From Takakia lepidozioides (lineage: Eukaryota > Plantae > Bryophyta), in the NCBI GenBank assembly GCA_030704615.1, contig CM060733.1, positions 7,688,001 through 7,752,000 of the forward strand: a stretch of DNA of 64,000 nt. Reading direction: 5' to 3'. How positions within the stretch are numbered: the first letter of the stretch is position 1; every line of letters begins with the position of its first letter. Positions 50,402 to 63,469 of the stretch are shown here, piece after piece. A program made the translations under genes and the position numbers. Below the pieces are notes generated by a model. It was not told the origin of the DNA. It searched no databases and worked only from the letters and a program-made list of their open reading frames with translations.

Positions 50402-52277
50402 GCTAAACTTAAGAGGGGACTGAATGAAACCTTTATGGCTGAAGACTACTGTTCACGGAGATAAAGCTCTGATCATCAGATTGACGGGAGGAAACATGGT
50501 TTGTAATGTAGGGCCAGTCTGTTTTCTCAAAGCTTACTCCTGGTGGGCCAATCGGAAGGCCTCGGTGTACTTGGTCCAGCTTCCTGTAGGTAACACACTC
50601 CTTTTGTGGAGAGGTGGGGGGGGAGGGAGAGGGGGCGGGGGGGGTGGTGTAGGCTTTACCAAGAGGTACAGTGGACTGTCAAGATGTTCCGCAGCGGTTC
50701 TGCTGTGACAGTGCACAATGTTTTGACATAGCCAGGTTGGGAACCAAGCTAGCAAGAGATCAACAGGGTTTCCTGGCATGTCCAGCAGCTTTGGGGGCAT
50801 TGGCTCTCCCATTTCTCGCATACGTATGGCTTCGATGGCCTGCTGAAAGGTTAGGGCTGGTCAACAGATTGGTTCACCAATCAGCCAATGGGACTCACTT
50901 CTCTGCTCAGTCCCTTCAACACTGATTGTAAGGGATGACTGTTCACAGGTGGATGGCCACACTCGATCTGGTCAGTAAACGAGCTTGTGATGCTTTCAGC
51001 GCATGAATATGTATGCTGAAATTGTCTGGTTCTAATTCGGAGAAGGATGAAACAGAGGCAAGACGCATGTTGCAACAAAGCATGAGCATTGTCACAGATT
51101 CTTACCAAATCAAACCTCTTGGATGTCCATGCCTTTTGTATACACCATAGACATCTGGGATGTTCATGCCTTTCTATACTCCATAGGGGTACCTTTAGGG
51201 CTTTTGGATGGAGCTCCAAAAGAAGAGAGCTAGGCCATTGTTTTTCTTTAATGGGACAAGCTGCAAAAATGGAGCTACAAGCTCAAGACCAAGAAATGAC
51301 TGATCTTCTCCTCCACCTTGCAATGAAATGTGACAAACCCTTGTGCCTGTTGCTCCATTGCAAATTCAAGGTGAGGCCAACAATTAAGTGTAGTGTGAGG
51401 CCTGGGGACGGGGGCCTTCCTGAAATGAGGGGCCTAGGTCCTCAGCTTCCCGGGGATCATATGCTTATCTCAATAGTAAATTATAACACATTTTAATCAA
51501 TATATGAAGCGAGGCGTTTGTTTTGATTGTTTGGTTTTTTCACTTGAGATATCCCAAACCGCTGGGCCCAGCCCGGTGCTTGGTACTGCAGGAAAGCCCT
51601 CTATGAGGATGAGGTGCACCCAAGCCCTCGGTGAGGGGTGCACCAGCAGTGTGGGAGATATGGAATTTCAAGTACTTTTGGTCGTTGGAAATTTGTGAAA
51701 AACAGCAAAGTTGGTTTTTCCTGTAATCTATTCTAATCTATCATTACATTCTCTCATTTTTACTCGCTCTAATAATTAATATGTCTATGGTCCTATTCGT
51801 TTTTGAGGCCCTGGAGGAAGCCCACTAAGTACCAACCAAAGTATTTATTATATTGTATAAACAGTAAGGTGATCACCTCCTTATATAGCCTTGGGAGGCG
51901 GCGGTGTGGAGCCTTCCAGAAGACCCCAGGCTTTCCAGGAGACCCCCATGTGTACTACCCTACATAAACCCACCCCACTACTTGACATGTCTCTAGTCAT
52001 TGCACCCCCAAAAACTCTAATCTGAGCCCACCATTGGCTGTTCCAATGGTGCGCTTTTTTTTTCTACCTTTCACTAATTAAATATTGTCTCCCCCCTCTT
52101 TCTAGTTGTCCCCAACCAAGGCCCACCTGTCCACCTGTTTCCTGTCATGTGCCTATCCTCCCCCTCCTTTTCCACCTGCCCCTCACAACTTGGGCTACAT
52201 ATTGGAGCCTCGACGGGAGATATATTCAATAATGATTGAGTATATTACTATTCAATAAATTCATGGAAAAAAATAAA

Positions 52278-52830
52278 TTGGGCCTTGACATGGGAGACGT
52301 ACTTGGATACATAGGAGATTGCACTTGGGCTTAGATGACACTAGACACTCGGGGCCTCTACATGGGAGATGCACTTGGATACAAGAATAAAAGATTACAT
52401 TTGGGCTTAGATGGGCCTGGACATAGGAGACATATTTGGATACATAGGAACTTGCACTTGGTCTTAGATTTCAATTCTTCACACATGGGCCAACGGCATA
52501 GGCTACACTAGAGTTGCACTTGGGCCTCGACATAAGAAACGCACATGGATACATAGGAAATTGCACATGGTTTTAGATTTCAATTTTTCACACATGGGCC
52601 AAAGGTACATGCTCGCCTAGAGGTCGCACTTAGGCCTCGACATAGTAGACACACTGGGATACATAGAAGATCATACACTTGGGCTTAGATGTTGGGCCAA
52701 CGGCACATGCTACCCTAGAGGTCGCATTTGGGCCTCGACATAGGAGACGCACTTGGATACATAGGGGATTGCGCTTGGACTTAGATGACATTGGATACTT
52801 TCAGGGCCAACGGCACAAGCTACCCTAGTA
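52278..52830. repeat. Degenerate tandem repeat (gggcctcgacataggagacgcacttggatacatagg...gcacttgggcttagatg), about 6-7 units
   Basis: Visible recurring motif. Confidence 0.85.
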
Positions 52831-53293
52831 CATATGAAATCAATGATTTTAACATATGATGAAAATTGAATAAATGATATATCATTGATCATTGATCCTA
52901 GTAAGGACTAGGACAAAATGACCATCATAGCACATTCAGCCATTTCAACAAATTGACGACTTCAACACTTCATGAAAGCAATGGTTTCATTTGATGAAAT
53001 CGCCAATTTCGACACATTCTGAAAAATACAATGCCAGATTCTCACCAACTGAAACTGATGTCAATTGGAGGCATAGACGATATTTTAGAAAAGGGAAATT
53101 TGGGACCCAATTGTCTTTTGAGCCTCACAAGAGGAAGAGAGATAGTCTTTCATCTGTGATACTTCTCTCTTTGTTTTCCTTACAATCTGTTCTCTGTCAC
53201 GGGGAGCAGTGTCCCCGCCATGAGCCTTCATGGCCTTCTTCCACGGTTAATTTTTCCTTGTACGCTTCTCTTTTATTAAATAAAATCAATTAA

Positions 53294-54122
53294 TCCTTAA
53301 CTTCTTACAGATAGAGTTTTTTTGCCCTTAAAATTTCCTACCCCTATACAATATAACCAAACTACCCACCTGCCATAGTACATTCAAAATATGAACCTTA
53401 CAAATCAGTTGCTACCTACCGCATATATCCATATACCAAATTGCAAAGAATTCCACCACAAGAATATTAAGATTATCATTGCTTTGAATGTCAAGTTTGA
53501 CCATACTCTCTCAAGTTTGACCAAGAAATGGCATTATGGGTTGATTTTTGTTGGGCCCGCCGCACCCATGGCCATATCCTATTTCAAGGTATGCAAACAT
53601 GGCACACAAAATTTCCTACCAAATTGCCAAATGATGCTACATGCTCATTTTGTATGTGTTCTTTGGGGGGTTTAGATATGGTCCAAGACATGGAGTTTCT
53701 AATATTGTCAGAAAGTGTGCAAAAATCCAAGATGTTCTTCTATCCGGATTCTGAGATGTGAGAGAATAAGTCCTTATGATCCTCATCATAGTGTTTGGGA
53801 ATCCAATGGTGAATTTTCCAAAATTTTGAGGCTTAAGTGGGGCCAAGTTTTGGAGCTGGTTGTTGCATGCACCAATAGAAAGTTGCCACTTAGGTGGTCA
53901 ACCTTGCCTGCCCCTTCTCCTTACCTAACCCAAGCGTTTATGCAACATTCTGCAGGTGAGGGTTTTACTCCAAATACTTTCAATTCAATTTGTGGGTGGG
54001 TACCATGTTGTCAGCAAATTTATTGCTTCAGCAATCATTGAATTTCAATAAAATCTCAGCAAAGATAACCCCATTTTTCTTACAGGTCGCGACCCGAAAC
54101 GGGTCGCATGGGAAGTTAAGGG
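53294..54122. mobile_element. MITE with piggyBac-type ends (TTAA TSD)
   Basis: TTAA|TCCTTAACTTC...GAAGTTAAGGG|TTAA; subterminal palindrome GCGACCCGAAACGGGTCGC. Confidence 0.65.
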
Positions 54123-54642
54123 TTAAGGCCTCCGTCCCTTTTTAAAAGAAAATAAAAATAAAAATAAATGGTATATTGCATGTATTGAACCCTTGATCAT
54201 ATGAATTGCAAATATTATTCCCATGTGATAGTCGTAACTACCTAATTTTAACCTACATATATAATTCAAAGACATGACAGAATGAAAGCAAGACTTTATT
54301 TATTACATCCATAGGAGGTCATATAAATATGACTCTCATTCGATTAATCAACCTTGAGAGGAAACAATGTCCAAAAAAACCTTGAACACTGAAAAGAAAA
54401 AACGGCGCAAAGCACAAGCATCCTAAAGTTGGAAATGACTGGATTGCAGAGGTTTGTTATCAATGTTGACTGTTAGTAGACGGTCTTGTAATATTAAGGG
54501 CCCATGACTCGTAAAACTGTGCGTTTTATGGAGTTTGCAAGCCCTAGCACGTGTCAATAGATGTAGGGTAACTGGTAGGTAATACATTTTTAAACATGTG
54601 AAGAGAGGAGATAGAATCAAATATTGGGCATGACATCATAGT

Positions 54643-56270
54643 CAGGGTTGAGTATTCTTGAGCCTGTGAGCCCAGGAGCCCGTGAGCACAACATAGGCTC
54701 ACGCCACGTCAGCATGAAATTCCGAACTTGCAGGGCATGTTTTCGCGGGAGGCACCTATTTCCGCGGATTGATTAACCATTTTCAGTCATTGCAGATGAC
54801 ATCTGTTACATCCATTTCATCATGTTTCATCCATTTAGACGTGGTTTACATACCAAGTCATTGCATGCTAAGAAATGGATGAATGTCGTTGTGTTTGAAT
54901 GGAACATTATCCGAAATGAATGTGGCTACGTCGTGTGTGTACGTACGTATGCTATCCCACCACATGTATGCACCCAATAATGCATATGCAATCATAGAAG
55001 CAAAGAATCCGATACAGGCAGAGAGGTGGACAGATAGGGAGGGAGGGAGGATGGCAGACGCTAGAGGGATGGAGTGGGCAGTGTCTCTAGAGGTTGATTG
55101 TTTGACAAGGTCGGATGGAGCTAGCAGGAAGGTAAAGTCGTGGAGCTTCTGTGCAGCATGCAATCCTTAGCAGGAATGAATCTCAGAACAGTTTCCTCGA
55201 GTTTTTTTTTTTTTTTTTTTTTTTCTTTTGCAAAACAAGGGACAATGGCCCTCATATTTCGTATGCGCCAGCGCATACAGACAACAGTGTTTTTATTAAG
55301 AATTTATTTGTTTATTTATTTTATTTTAATTTTTTTAAAGCAAAATAGGGGACAGTGGCCCTCATATTTCGTATGCGTCGGCGCATATCAGACAAAAGTG
55401 TTTTTTATTTAAACATTATTTGTTTTTTATTTTAATTTTTTAATTGTTTTTTACATAACACCGGACAATTGCCCTTATATTTCGTATGCGCCCGCGCATA
55501 TCAGACAACAGTGTTTTTCTTTTAAAAACATTATTTTTTAATTTTTTAATTTTAATTTTTTTAACTGTCCCTCATATTTCGTATGCGCCGACACATATTA
55601 GACAACAATGTCTATTTTTAAAAACATTAATTATTTTGTTTCTCATTTTTAATTTTTTTTAATTGTTTTTTTATTTTTATTTTACAAAATAAGGGACAGT
55701 GGCCCTCATATTTCACAGTGTTTTTTCAAAAACACAAAATTAACTTTTTTGATTTTTTAATTTTTGTTTTACAAAACAGGGACAGTGACCCTCGTATTTC
55801 GTATGTGCCGGCGCATAGCAGCCAACAGTTTTCTTTTCAACAATTATTATTATTATTATTATTATTTACAAAACAGGGGACAGTGGCTCTCATATTTCGT
55901 ATGCGCGGTGCATACCAGATAACAGTGTTTTCTTTATTAATTTTTAAGAATTTGTTATATATATATTCCAAAACAGGGGAGAGGCCCCTCATATTTCGTA
56001 TGTACTGACGCATACCAGACAACAATGTTTTTTTTATTTCATTTATTTAATTTGTTTTTACAAAACAGGGACAGTGACTCTCATATTGTCATTTTTTTGC
56101 TTCCTCGGATATAGGGTCGTTATGCAGTAATCCGCGGAAATACATCCCATTTCTTAATGTTTTGACGACCCATCCATGTTCATAATCATATATAATTTAT
56201 ATTATGGGCTCATGATTTCCAACTCACCGCACACCACTTTACGTTCACCGCTCACGGTTTAGCGTCCCTG
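54643..56270. mobile_element. Non-autonomous relative of MULE-A
   Basis: CAGGG...CCCTG termini; TSD ACATCATAGT (54633-54642, 56271-56280); GTGAGC/GCTCAC, GCCACGTCAGC and CCGCGG(G/A)AATACA motifs shared with the MULE-A ends. Confidence 0.85.
55230..56090. repeat. Array of ~60-bp conserved units (about 9, some partial) with hairpin TATGCGCCGGCGCATA, separated by AT-rich variable spacers
   Basis: aaaacaggggacagtggccctcatatttcgtatgcg....cgcata.cagacaacagtgttt recurring about every 100-110 bp. Confidence 0.9.
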
Positions 56271-56434
56271 ACATCATAGTCACGGACAAACTGCCACGTA
56301 TGTAAGCGTAAAATATTTCAACCGGTGGCCATCATCGAACGTAATCAAATGGGGGAGTAGGATTAGAGTCAGGTTCCATGGGCACTCCCAATCACCTCTC
56401 AAGCAGCCGCCCCAAAGAGGGAATCGCCCCTTAA

Positions 56435-57041
56435 CCCCTAAACGTCGAAGCGACCTGAATCGGGTCGCGTCAGTCAATTGCCACAATTCCAACATGGCAG
56501 GGCTCAATATTTATCAAAATGCCAAATGTTTTGGACAAGGCACTATATAATGCTAGTGTGCACTTACTTACCAAAAGAATTAGAAAACAAACATCACCTC
56601 ATGGGTGTACTTAGGTAAGAAGCCAAACCATGACAATTTAGTATTTACCCCTGAAATTTCACATACAAAGCAACCTATCTCAGTTTTTGGAATTTTGGTC
56701 TGCTTTTTGGGGGAGAGAGTCCCTTGGGTGCCATATAATCAGGTTATGGAGGGCATCTGCCTCATAAATTTCAACTTGACACTTGAATTTAGTTGTCAAA
56801 CCATTTTTGCCATGCAATATTAGAATATATTTATAAATTGGTGCAGATTATTTTGTTATAATCTCCCAAATGCAATGGTCAAATTGCCTACACTTTTGAC
56901 ATGACGTGGATGTGTAGATATGCACATAAGTGTCAGGTTCATCCCCATGGGTGATTGGGGGCAAAAAGTTACACCCTTATCCCCGGGTATGCACTATTTT
57001 TTGTTTTACCAGGCCCACCAAAATAGTGCTCGTCGTAAGGG
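56435..57041. mobile_element. Second MITE with piggyBac-type ends (TTAA TSD)
   Basis: TTAA|CCCCTAAACGTCGAAGC...GCTCGTCGTAAGGG|TTAA; subterminal palindrome GCGACCTGAATCGGGTCGC. Confidence 0.65.
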
Positions 57042-58419
57042 TTAAAAATGAGAAAAGGTGGTTCCACTAACACCTTTCCATTCACCCCTCTAAAATCTTG
57101 GCACCAATTGCCATATGGGCCCATGACGTAGTAAATGATAATTAATATAAGTTTTAGATGAAGATGTCAAAATTCATCCACTCTCCTAAAATCTACCTAC
57201 CTTTGCATGAAAATCAAATAGCACTAAGCAAGGTTGCGGCCCCTGCTATAGTGACGCTGCAAAACTCGATCGTCCTTTGTGAATGGACGTCTTTTTTGCG
57301 CTCCTTAGCAAGGGGCTATTCCGTGTGGGCACCCTTACTAAGCCAGTAACGCCTCTTTAATCTTGGGCCCAATTTCACGTAGGGCGCTGGGGCTGCCCAT
57401 GGAACCCGGCTAACCCAAGATGTCATTATCAGAACTATGATGGCCAGAGAAGGCTCGACATGTAGGGTAGAAGCACCGTTCATGGCGCATGTGCCCCATA
57501 GTGGTGCTCAAAAGTACGCCCATGGTGCAAGAAAGTAGGCCCATTTTTTGAACGTGTCAGGGTGGGGTGCGCCATGATAGGCCAGCAAGCTTAGCAAGCT
57601 TACCCAAGGAGGAATGAACTACAACACACCATTTTATCCATCACTTTACACTCAAATTATCCTAGGTAGATGAACTTTACTGAAAATTGTTCCTACTACA
57701 AATGTTGGGGCTCATCGAGAGCTTTCCAATGGTATCTTTGTTTCTTAAAATGGTTAAAATGGTTAAAGTCCAAGGTACCAAAAGAGCAATATATCTTGTG
57801 CGCCATGATGGCCCACTTGTTTTACCCTTAAATTGCTATAGGCAGATGTCCTCTCTAACGTCTACAAAAAGATGGGCCACATTAAGCGATTTCCAATGGT
57901 ATTTATTTATTTATTTTTGGTTACCATCTTAGGTAGAAAAGATATGAATGAGTCATGATAGGAACAAGGTGCGCCACAGGGTGACGTTGACATACTCTAC
58001 TTCTATCCACTTTTAATAGCAGATAAAGTTAGAATCTCAGTTAACTTTCAACTAAGAAAAGTGGTCTTATCTTAAGAGCTTTCCGTTAAGGTATTACATG
58101 ATCTCATAGGTTATAAGCACAAAAAGTTATTACATTTACCCAACTTGGTGCGCCATGAAGAGTGCTTCTACCGTAGTGCAACATGGCAAACTCCCTTAAC
58201 ATTTGAAGTGCAAAACCCTTTGAAGTTTTGGGTGGCACGTATAATACGACCCCATGTAGGATTATATGATGTGATTATATGGCTCTATATTGCTTTCTCA
58301 GTCAAGGGTAGTTATTTTCCCATTTGAAGTTATAAATCTTGTCTAACAGATATGCAACTAATATGACAAATCAAGACCCGGTGAGATCAACAAATTAGGT
58401 GGGCCACTGAAGTACTCCA

Positions 58420-61260
58420 ATTGGAAGTTCAAGATCAAGAACATTATATGGGAGAAGATTTTTGGAATACTATGGATCACCTCATCCCTATCATGATCAT
58501 TGTTCCAAACAATGTTGAACCGATTGAGGGACTTCGAAAGATGAGAGTCAAGCTCTCACCACTCTAAATTTTGTCTATGAAAGACCACATCGTGCCGTCC
58601 ATTACTGCTTCATTGACCCCGAAGAAAGGTTTCTTGTTGATCTATACATGGTTCCATACAACGCCACAAGATTATACTGCTCGAGGATAAATTAGGAACG
58701 ATCAAGCTGAAAAATTGTACTAGCGTGGTTGAGTATCTGCAGAAAATTCAAGAAATACAATTTGAGCTTGCAAGTATCGAGAAGTTGTAGATGAGTGAGA
58801 TCGATAGGGTGCTCAACACCTTTCCCGACAGCTTTGGAAGGGTACTACAGACCTTCAATGGACATATGCAACTTCCGACTTTCGTCGAGGTGACAACGAG
58901 ACTGATGTAAGCTCGAGAAAAAGGGCGATTGTCATTTCGGGCCAAGAATATGAGTAACAACGACAGTGGGGAGGCCCTAATGGTCAGAATGCGAAACCCA
59001 TCACCATTCGAAATTTTATCAAAGACTACAGTTCCTCCACATAATCCAATGTGGACGTGGTGGTTGTTGGCATTAACAGCCGCACTTCAATTGCTCGGCT
59101 GGCAGTTGCAGCCAACTTAGATAGGATCAGAGTTAGATCAATAATTAGCTGAGATTAGATGGAGGCATAGATAACTTTAGGAGCTACACCGTTTCACACT
59201 GTACTTTCTCCGTAGTTCTCTCCACTGATTTATGTACTGTTCACGTATGTCTGTGACTCAGTTTCTCTCTATTTAATGTTCAATCAAGCGCTCAACTATT
59301 CTTGCAAGAGTCTTGTTCTTCCATCGTACTTTCTTCACAGTGCGAGAGAGTTCAGACGATATAGATCTTGTTCTTCTAAAACTTGTATTTGCTATCTAGT
59401 TTAGTCTTGTATCGCAAGAGAGTAGATATGGCAGATGTTGACGATTCATAAGGTGTGGGCCCACCCTATGGGCGCTTGAGAAGTTTGAGGGAAAAGATTA
59501 CAAGCTTTGGAAGTTTAAAATGGAGCCTTCTCTGAAGGCTACAAAGATGTGGGATCTTGGTAGAGGCAAAGAAGTGAGGCCACCTAAAACATCTACTATT
59601 GAATTTGCTCTTTATTCCAAGAAAGAAAATATAGTTTTTAATCCCATTATTCAGAGTCTCTCTGACAACCAACTCAAGAGTGTTCGAAAAGAGAGTACAG
59701 CGTGTGGAATTTGGGAGACTTTGGAACAGCGACATGTTGACAAAGGGATGGCTAACAAGTTTATTTAGCAAGAAAATTTGTCACTGCTCAGATGAGTACA
59801 AGTGACACAATGGAGCAACACTTGAACAAATTGGGAGCTATGGCAAAAGAGCTAGATGTTGTTGAAGCATCGGTGCCATAAGAAGTGAAGGTCAGGATAC
59901 TTCTTATGAAATTACCAGATAGCTATCAGTTCTTGGTCACTTCTCTAGATTCATACACGTCAAATAAGCTTACGTGGGATATTGTGACTAACAGGTTACT
60001 CAACGAGGAACTTATGACAAGACTACTAAGCTTAGGGATTTCATTATTATGAGCCAACAAAGCTGCTTCACTAGAACTTAAGCCCTAAGTATTGCGCAGA
60101 GGCTGTAAGCACAGTCATCTCAAAGCAAGAAGTTCTCACAAGTCAGTGGGAGGAAATGACGCCAGATCAGGAAGCATGGAGCGGAAAGAAACCCTTCGTG
60201 AATCATCTTAAAGTTTTTGGTTGTGAGGCCTAATATGCACGTAGGCCACCCCAAACAAGAGCCAAGCTTGAACCTAAGAGTATTGAATGTGTATTTGTGG
60301 GGTATAGCTTGGATTCTTAAGGATACAAGTTGATTGAGGAGACGACTGGAAAACTAATTATCACTCGATATGTGGTTAATTTCAATGAACGAACCAATTT
60401 TAGTGATCATTCCAATGATGTCACTGCAGTAGGAGTTTAAGATAAGATAGAAATGATCGTGGGACCTGGAGTTGTTATGGGAGACCCACGTCAAATTCTC
60501 TTACTCCTTTGGATTCCACTGGCCCACATGTTTCGAAGTCATGGTGCCACAACCTAAGTGAGCTCCATCATCGGTACCTAATTTGTTGCAAGATGTGTCT
60601 GAGATCCAAGAGCAACAACAACCTATGTGAGAAGATCAACCAAACTTTGGAGTGCACCTTCAAAGCTTATTCATTTTGCTTGTGCTGCAATTGTGGAAGA
60701 GCTACAAAACCTAACAAAAGCTCTTCAAAGGAAGGATGCAATATAGTGGGAGCAAGCAACAAATGAGGAGTATTCTTTTTTCATGAAGAATTGGACATGG
60801 GAGCTTGTGGAGCTTCCTAAAGGGAGAAAAGCCATTGGTAACAAGTGGGTGTTTACACGTAAGAGGAACACCAATGGAGAGGCTGCAGGAAGATACAAAG
60901 CCAGGCTAGTAGCCAATGGTGACTCTCAAACAGGAGGGATAGAATATGAAGAAACTTTTGCTCCCTTGATGCAAAAAGCTCGAGCCATGTTTTATGAAAC
61001 CGGGTCCCAGGTGGAGGCACTTTGGACGGCCAACTTGCTTACGAACCTCTCTGGCCAAAAACCATATCCGAGCAGATTGAAAATATTGGGGATCGTTGCT
61101 CACGTACACTTTGCAAATGAGAAACGGAAGAATTAGCTCGACTCTGAAATCCTTAAAGTGTGTCCTCGTAGGTTACGATGGAGAAACCAAAGTTTGATTT
61201 TGTAGAATTTTCACTTTCAGCAAATCCGCTTTTTCTGAGAGATAAATATTAACCAGACCC
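58420..61260 (+). mobile_element. Nested, decayed Ty1/Copia LTR retrotransposon remnants
   Basis: Outer gag-like piece ~58420-59080; possible LTR ~59086-59339; gag LEKFEGKDYKLWKFKM...; integrase C-terminal piece (EAWSGKKP...HLKVFGC...KSIECVFVGYS); RT start [22 protein letters not shown]...[19 protein letters not shown], then an abrupt switch at ~60965 to another integrase fragment. Confidence 0.85.
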
Positions 61261-62288
61261 ACCGAGCCATTGTCAGAAGCTAAGCAAACAAATTGGACCC
61301 CACCTTGGACCCAAACATGAACTTGAGAGATCAATGAGTTTGAGAAAGAAGGGGAGGTTAGAGTTGCAGTGCCCCGGCCCCGGGCATCCAAACAAAATCG
61401 TACGAGAAGTCCACCATGCCCAATCAGGCCAAAACGAAGAACCGAGAGCATAAATCTTTCTGTCATCCACCTTATGCTATTGTAAAAAAGGACTTTACGT
61501 AGCGGATCATTAGCATAAAGAAAGATGGGAGAAGCATAGTTGAATATCCTGACCAGTCGAGGAGAGTCGACTGCCACATCAACTGGATCCAAGGCCGAGA
61601 ACGAAGGGTCTGCTTGAGTCAGTGGTTGGGGCAGCTCGAGCAGTCTCCAGTGTTTGGGGTCCCAGTGTCTTGGATGACTCGATAGTCCGAGATGCTTATA
61701 TTAGTAACTCAACCAAATTGCTGCTAGATGGCTCGTTTATTGTTGTTTCTGTGAAAGAAAAGACTCAAACATTGTGCTCTTTGGTTGTAATGGGCAAAAC
61801 CACGTAAATGCAGATTACCCCAAGCCAAGCGCCCGAGAGCGGAGGATCAAACAGAGGTCTCTGAATCCTCGAAATGGAGGATTTAGAGGGGAGAAGACGA
61901 GAAGGGCGTCAATGCTTGACGGCCAAGGCTTGAGGAGACAGCCGGCTCATACGGAAGATGACCGGTACAATACCAAGGTAAATACGTAAATACCGCGGGC
62001 ACTACCAAATAAATAGTTTTTCTTTTTTTTCTTTTTCTATTTCCGCCTACTGTTACTTACATTGGGAGCACTGGGATTCAAACTTGAAACTGGACGTGGG
62101 AGCAAACAGCAAACCCTAATCCAGTCCCTTTCCCCTGTGGCGTGTTGGATCGCTCGCGCTTCGTTCCTTGCACGCATCATCAAACGACTCCAACTCGTGC
62201 TCGTATTCATGTTGCAGATTTCTAGGTGTCGGCCTCGCCATACCCGCGTCTACTCGTGGCCCTCATTTGATTGCTGACACACTCAAGT

Positions 62289-63469
62289 ATGAGCTCAACG
62301 GAGTCGGACTCGGAGTCGGCCAGAGATTTTCCCAGATCTGTAGAGGAAGAAGAGAAGACGGAGAATGGCAATTCACATGAAGAAAATGGGAACTTTATGG
62401 AAGAAAATGGTCCTTCATCTCGCCGCTCTCCTGGCCGGGCCTCCAAATCTGCCTCACTTTTCTCTCTTGCGTTCCCTATATCTAGAGTTCGAAAGCTGGT
62501 GAAGAGCGAGGGTGAAATTCAGTGGGTTGGCGTGGAGGCGGGTTTCCTTATTGCTAAAGCTGCTGTAAGTATTCTGGGTGTGTAATTTGGCACGAGAAAG
62601 ATGATAAAGTGCTTAAGATGGGCTACAAAATACTTTTATCTCTAATTTCCAAGTCCTGCGGGTATATCAGGGCAACAATTGAACTTGGAAATGTAATGTT
62701 TTGTTTCTGGACATCTCGTGGCTTTCTTGTAAGTGGCCATCACAAGCTCTGCCAGACTTCTGGACGTAGGAATTAAATGGATCAAGGCCTATAGGGGGCA
62801 CACAGAGAGTTGGCTCTCTAGTATAGGTGTGTGAGGGAGATTATTGTCCTTCTGGATTTTTTCTGATTGGACCAGCTATACTCTTTCAAGCCAGAATAGG
62901 AACTATGTCTCTGGGTCCAGTAGGGGACTCCGTTCTAGGAAATTTAAAATTCCTCATCATTTACGTATCTCTGAGCAACCACTTTGTGGTTAGCATTAGT
63001 TGGCCCTTGAGAAATCTCTTGGTCCACACAGGAGTTTTACAAAGTAAATGGTTTCATTCCATATCATCAGCTGAAGGGACTTAGGATGTTTTTGAGACTG
63101 GAGAACAAGTAACATTTCCTGCACACTTGCCTCTGATACATACTTCCATCTGGGTTTTATGAGTGTATTCTTACATGCAGCAGAATCAGTTGAACAAGGG
63201 CTACTTTGACTGTATGAGTATCAATGATCATATATTGATGCATGCGTGGAGGGGAAAGGGGGGACCATTTCAATTGAGGTGGCAAAGAAGTAAGCCAGAG
63301 GGGAAGTTTTGGCAGGATGGGCTCTCTATCAAGGATCTTTGCCAGGACAGTATTAAATTGAAGATTGAAGGGCTGGGGGAACAGGAACTGTTTTTGGAGA
63401 AGTTTGTGGAGGATGCGTTTGATAGGATGCAAGACAAAAAGCGTGCCTGTGTTGCCTACTCTGACTTAT
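62289..63469 (+). CDS. Histone-fold protein of the NF-YC/DPB3 (POLE4/CHRAC-like) class; first two exons, gene probably continues past the window
   Basis: Exon 1 62289-62564 (...FPISRVRKLVKSEGEIQWVGVEAGFLIAKAA|gtaagt); exon 2 63385-63469 (ELFLEKFVEDAF...KKRACVAYSDL). Confidence 0.85.

Noticed and set aside
55230-56090. CRISPR array
   Set aside because: Spacers are low-complexity poly-T/A and related to each other; the array lies inside a MITE with no cas genes.
57365-58406. Element with repeated GTGCGCCATG motifs
   Set aside because: Ends and TSD not convincingly identifiable.
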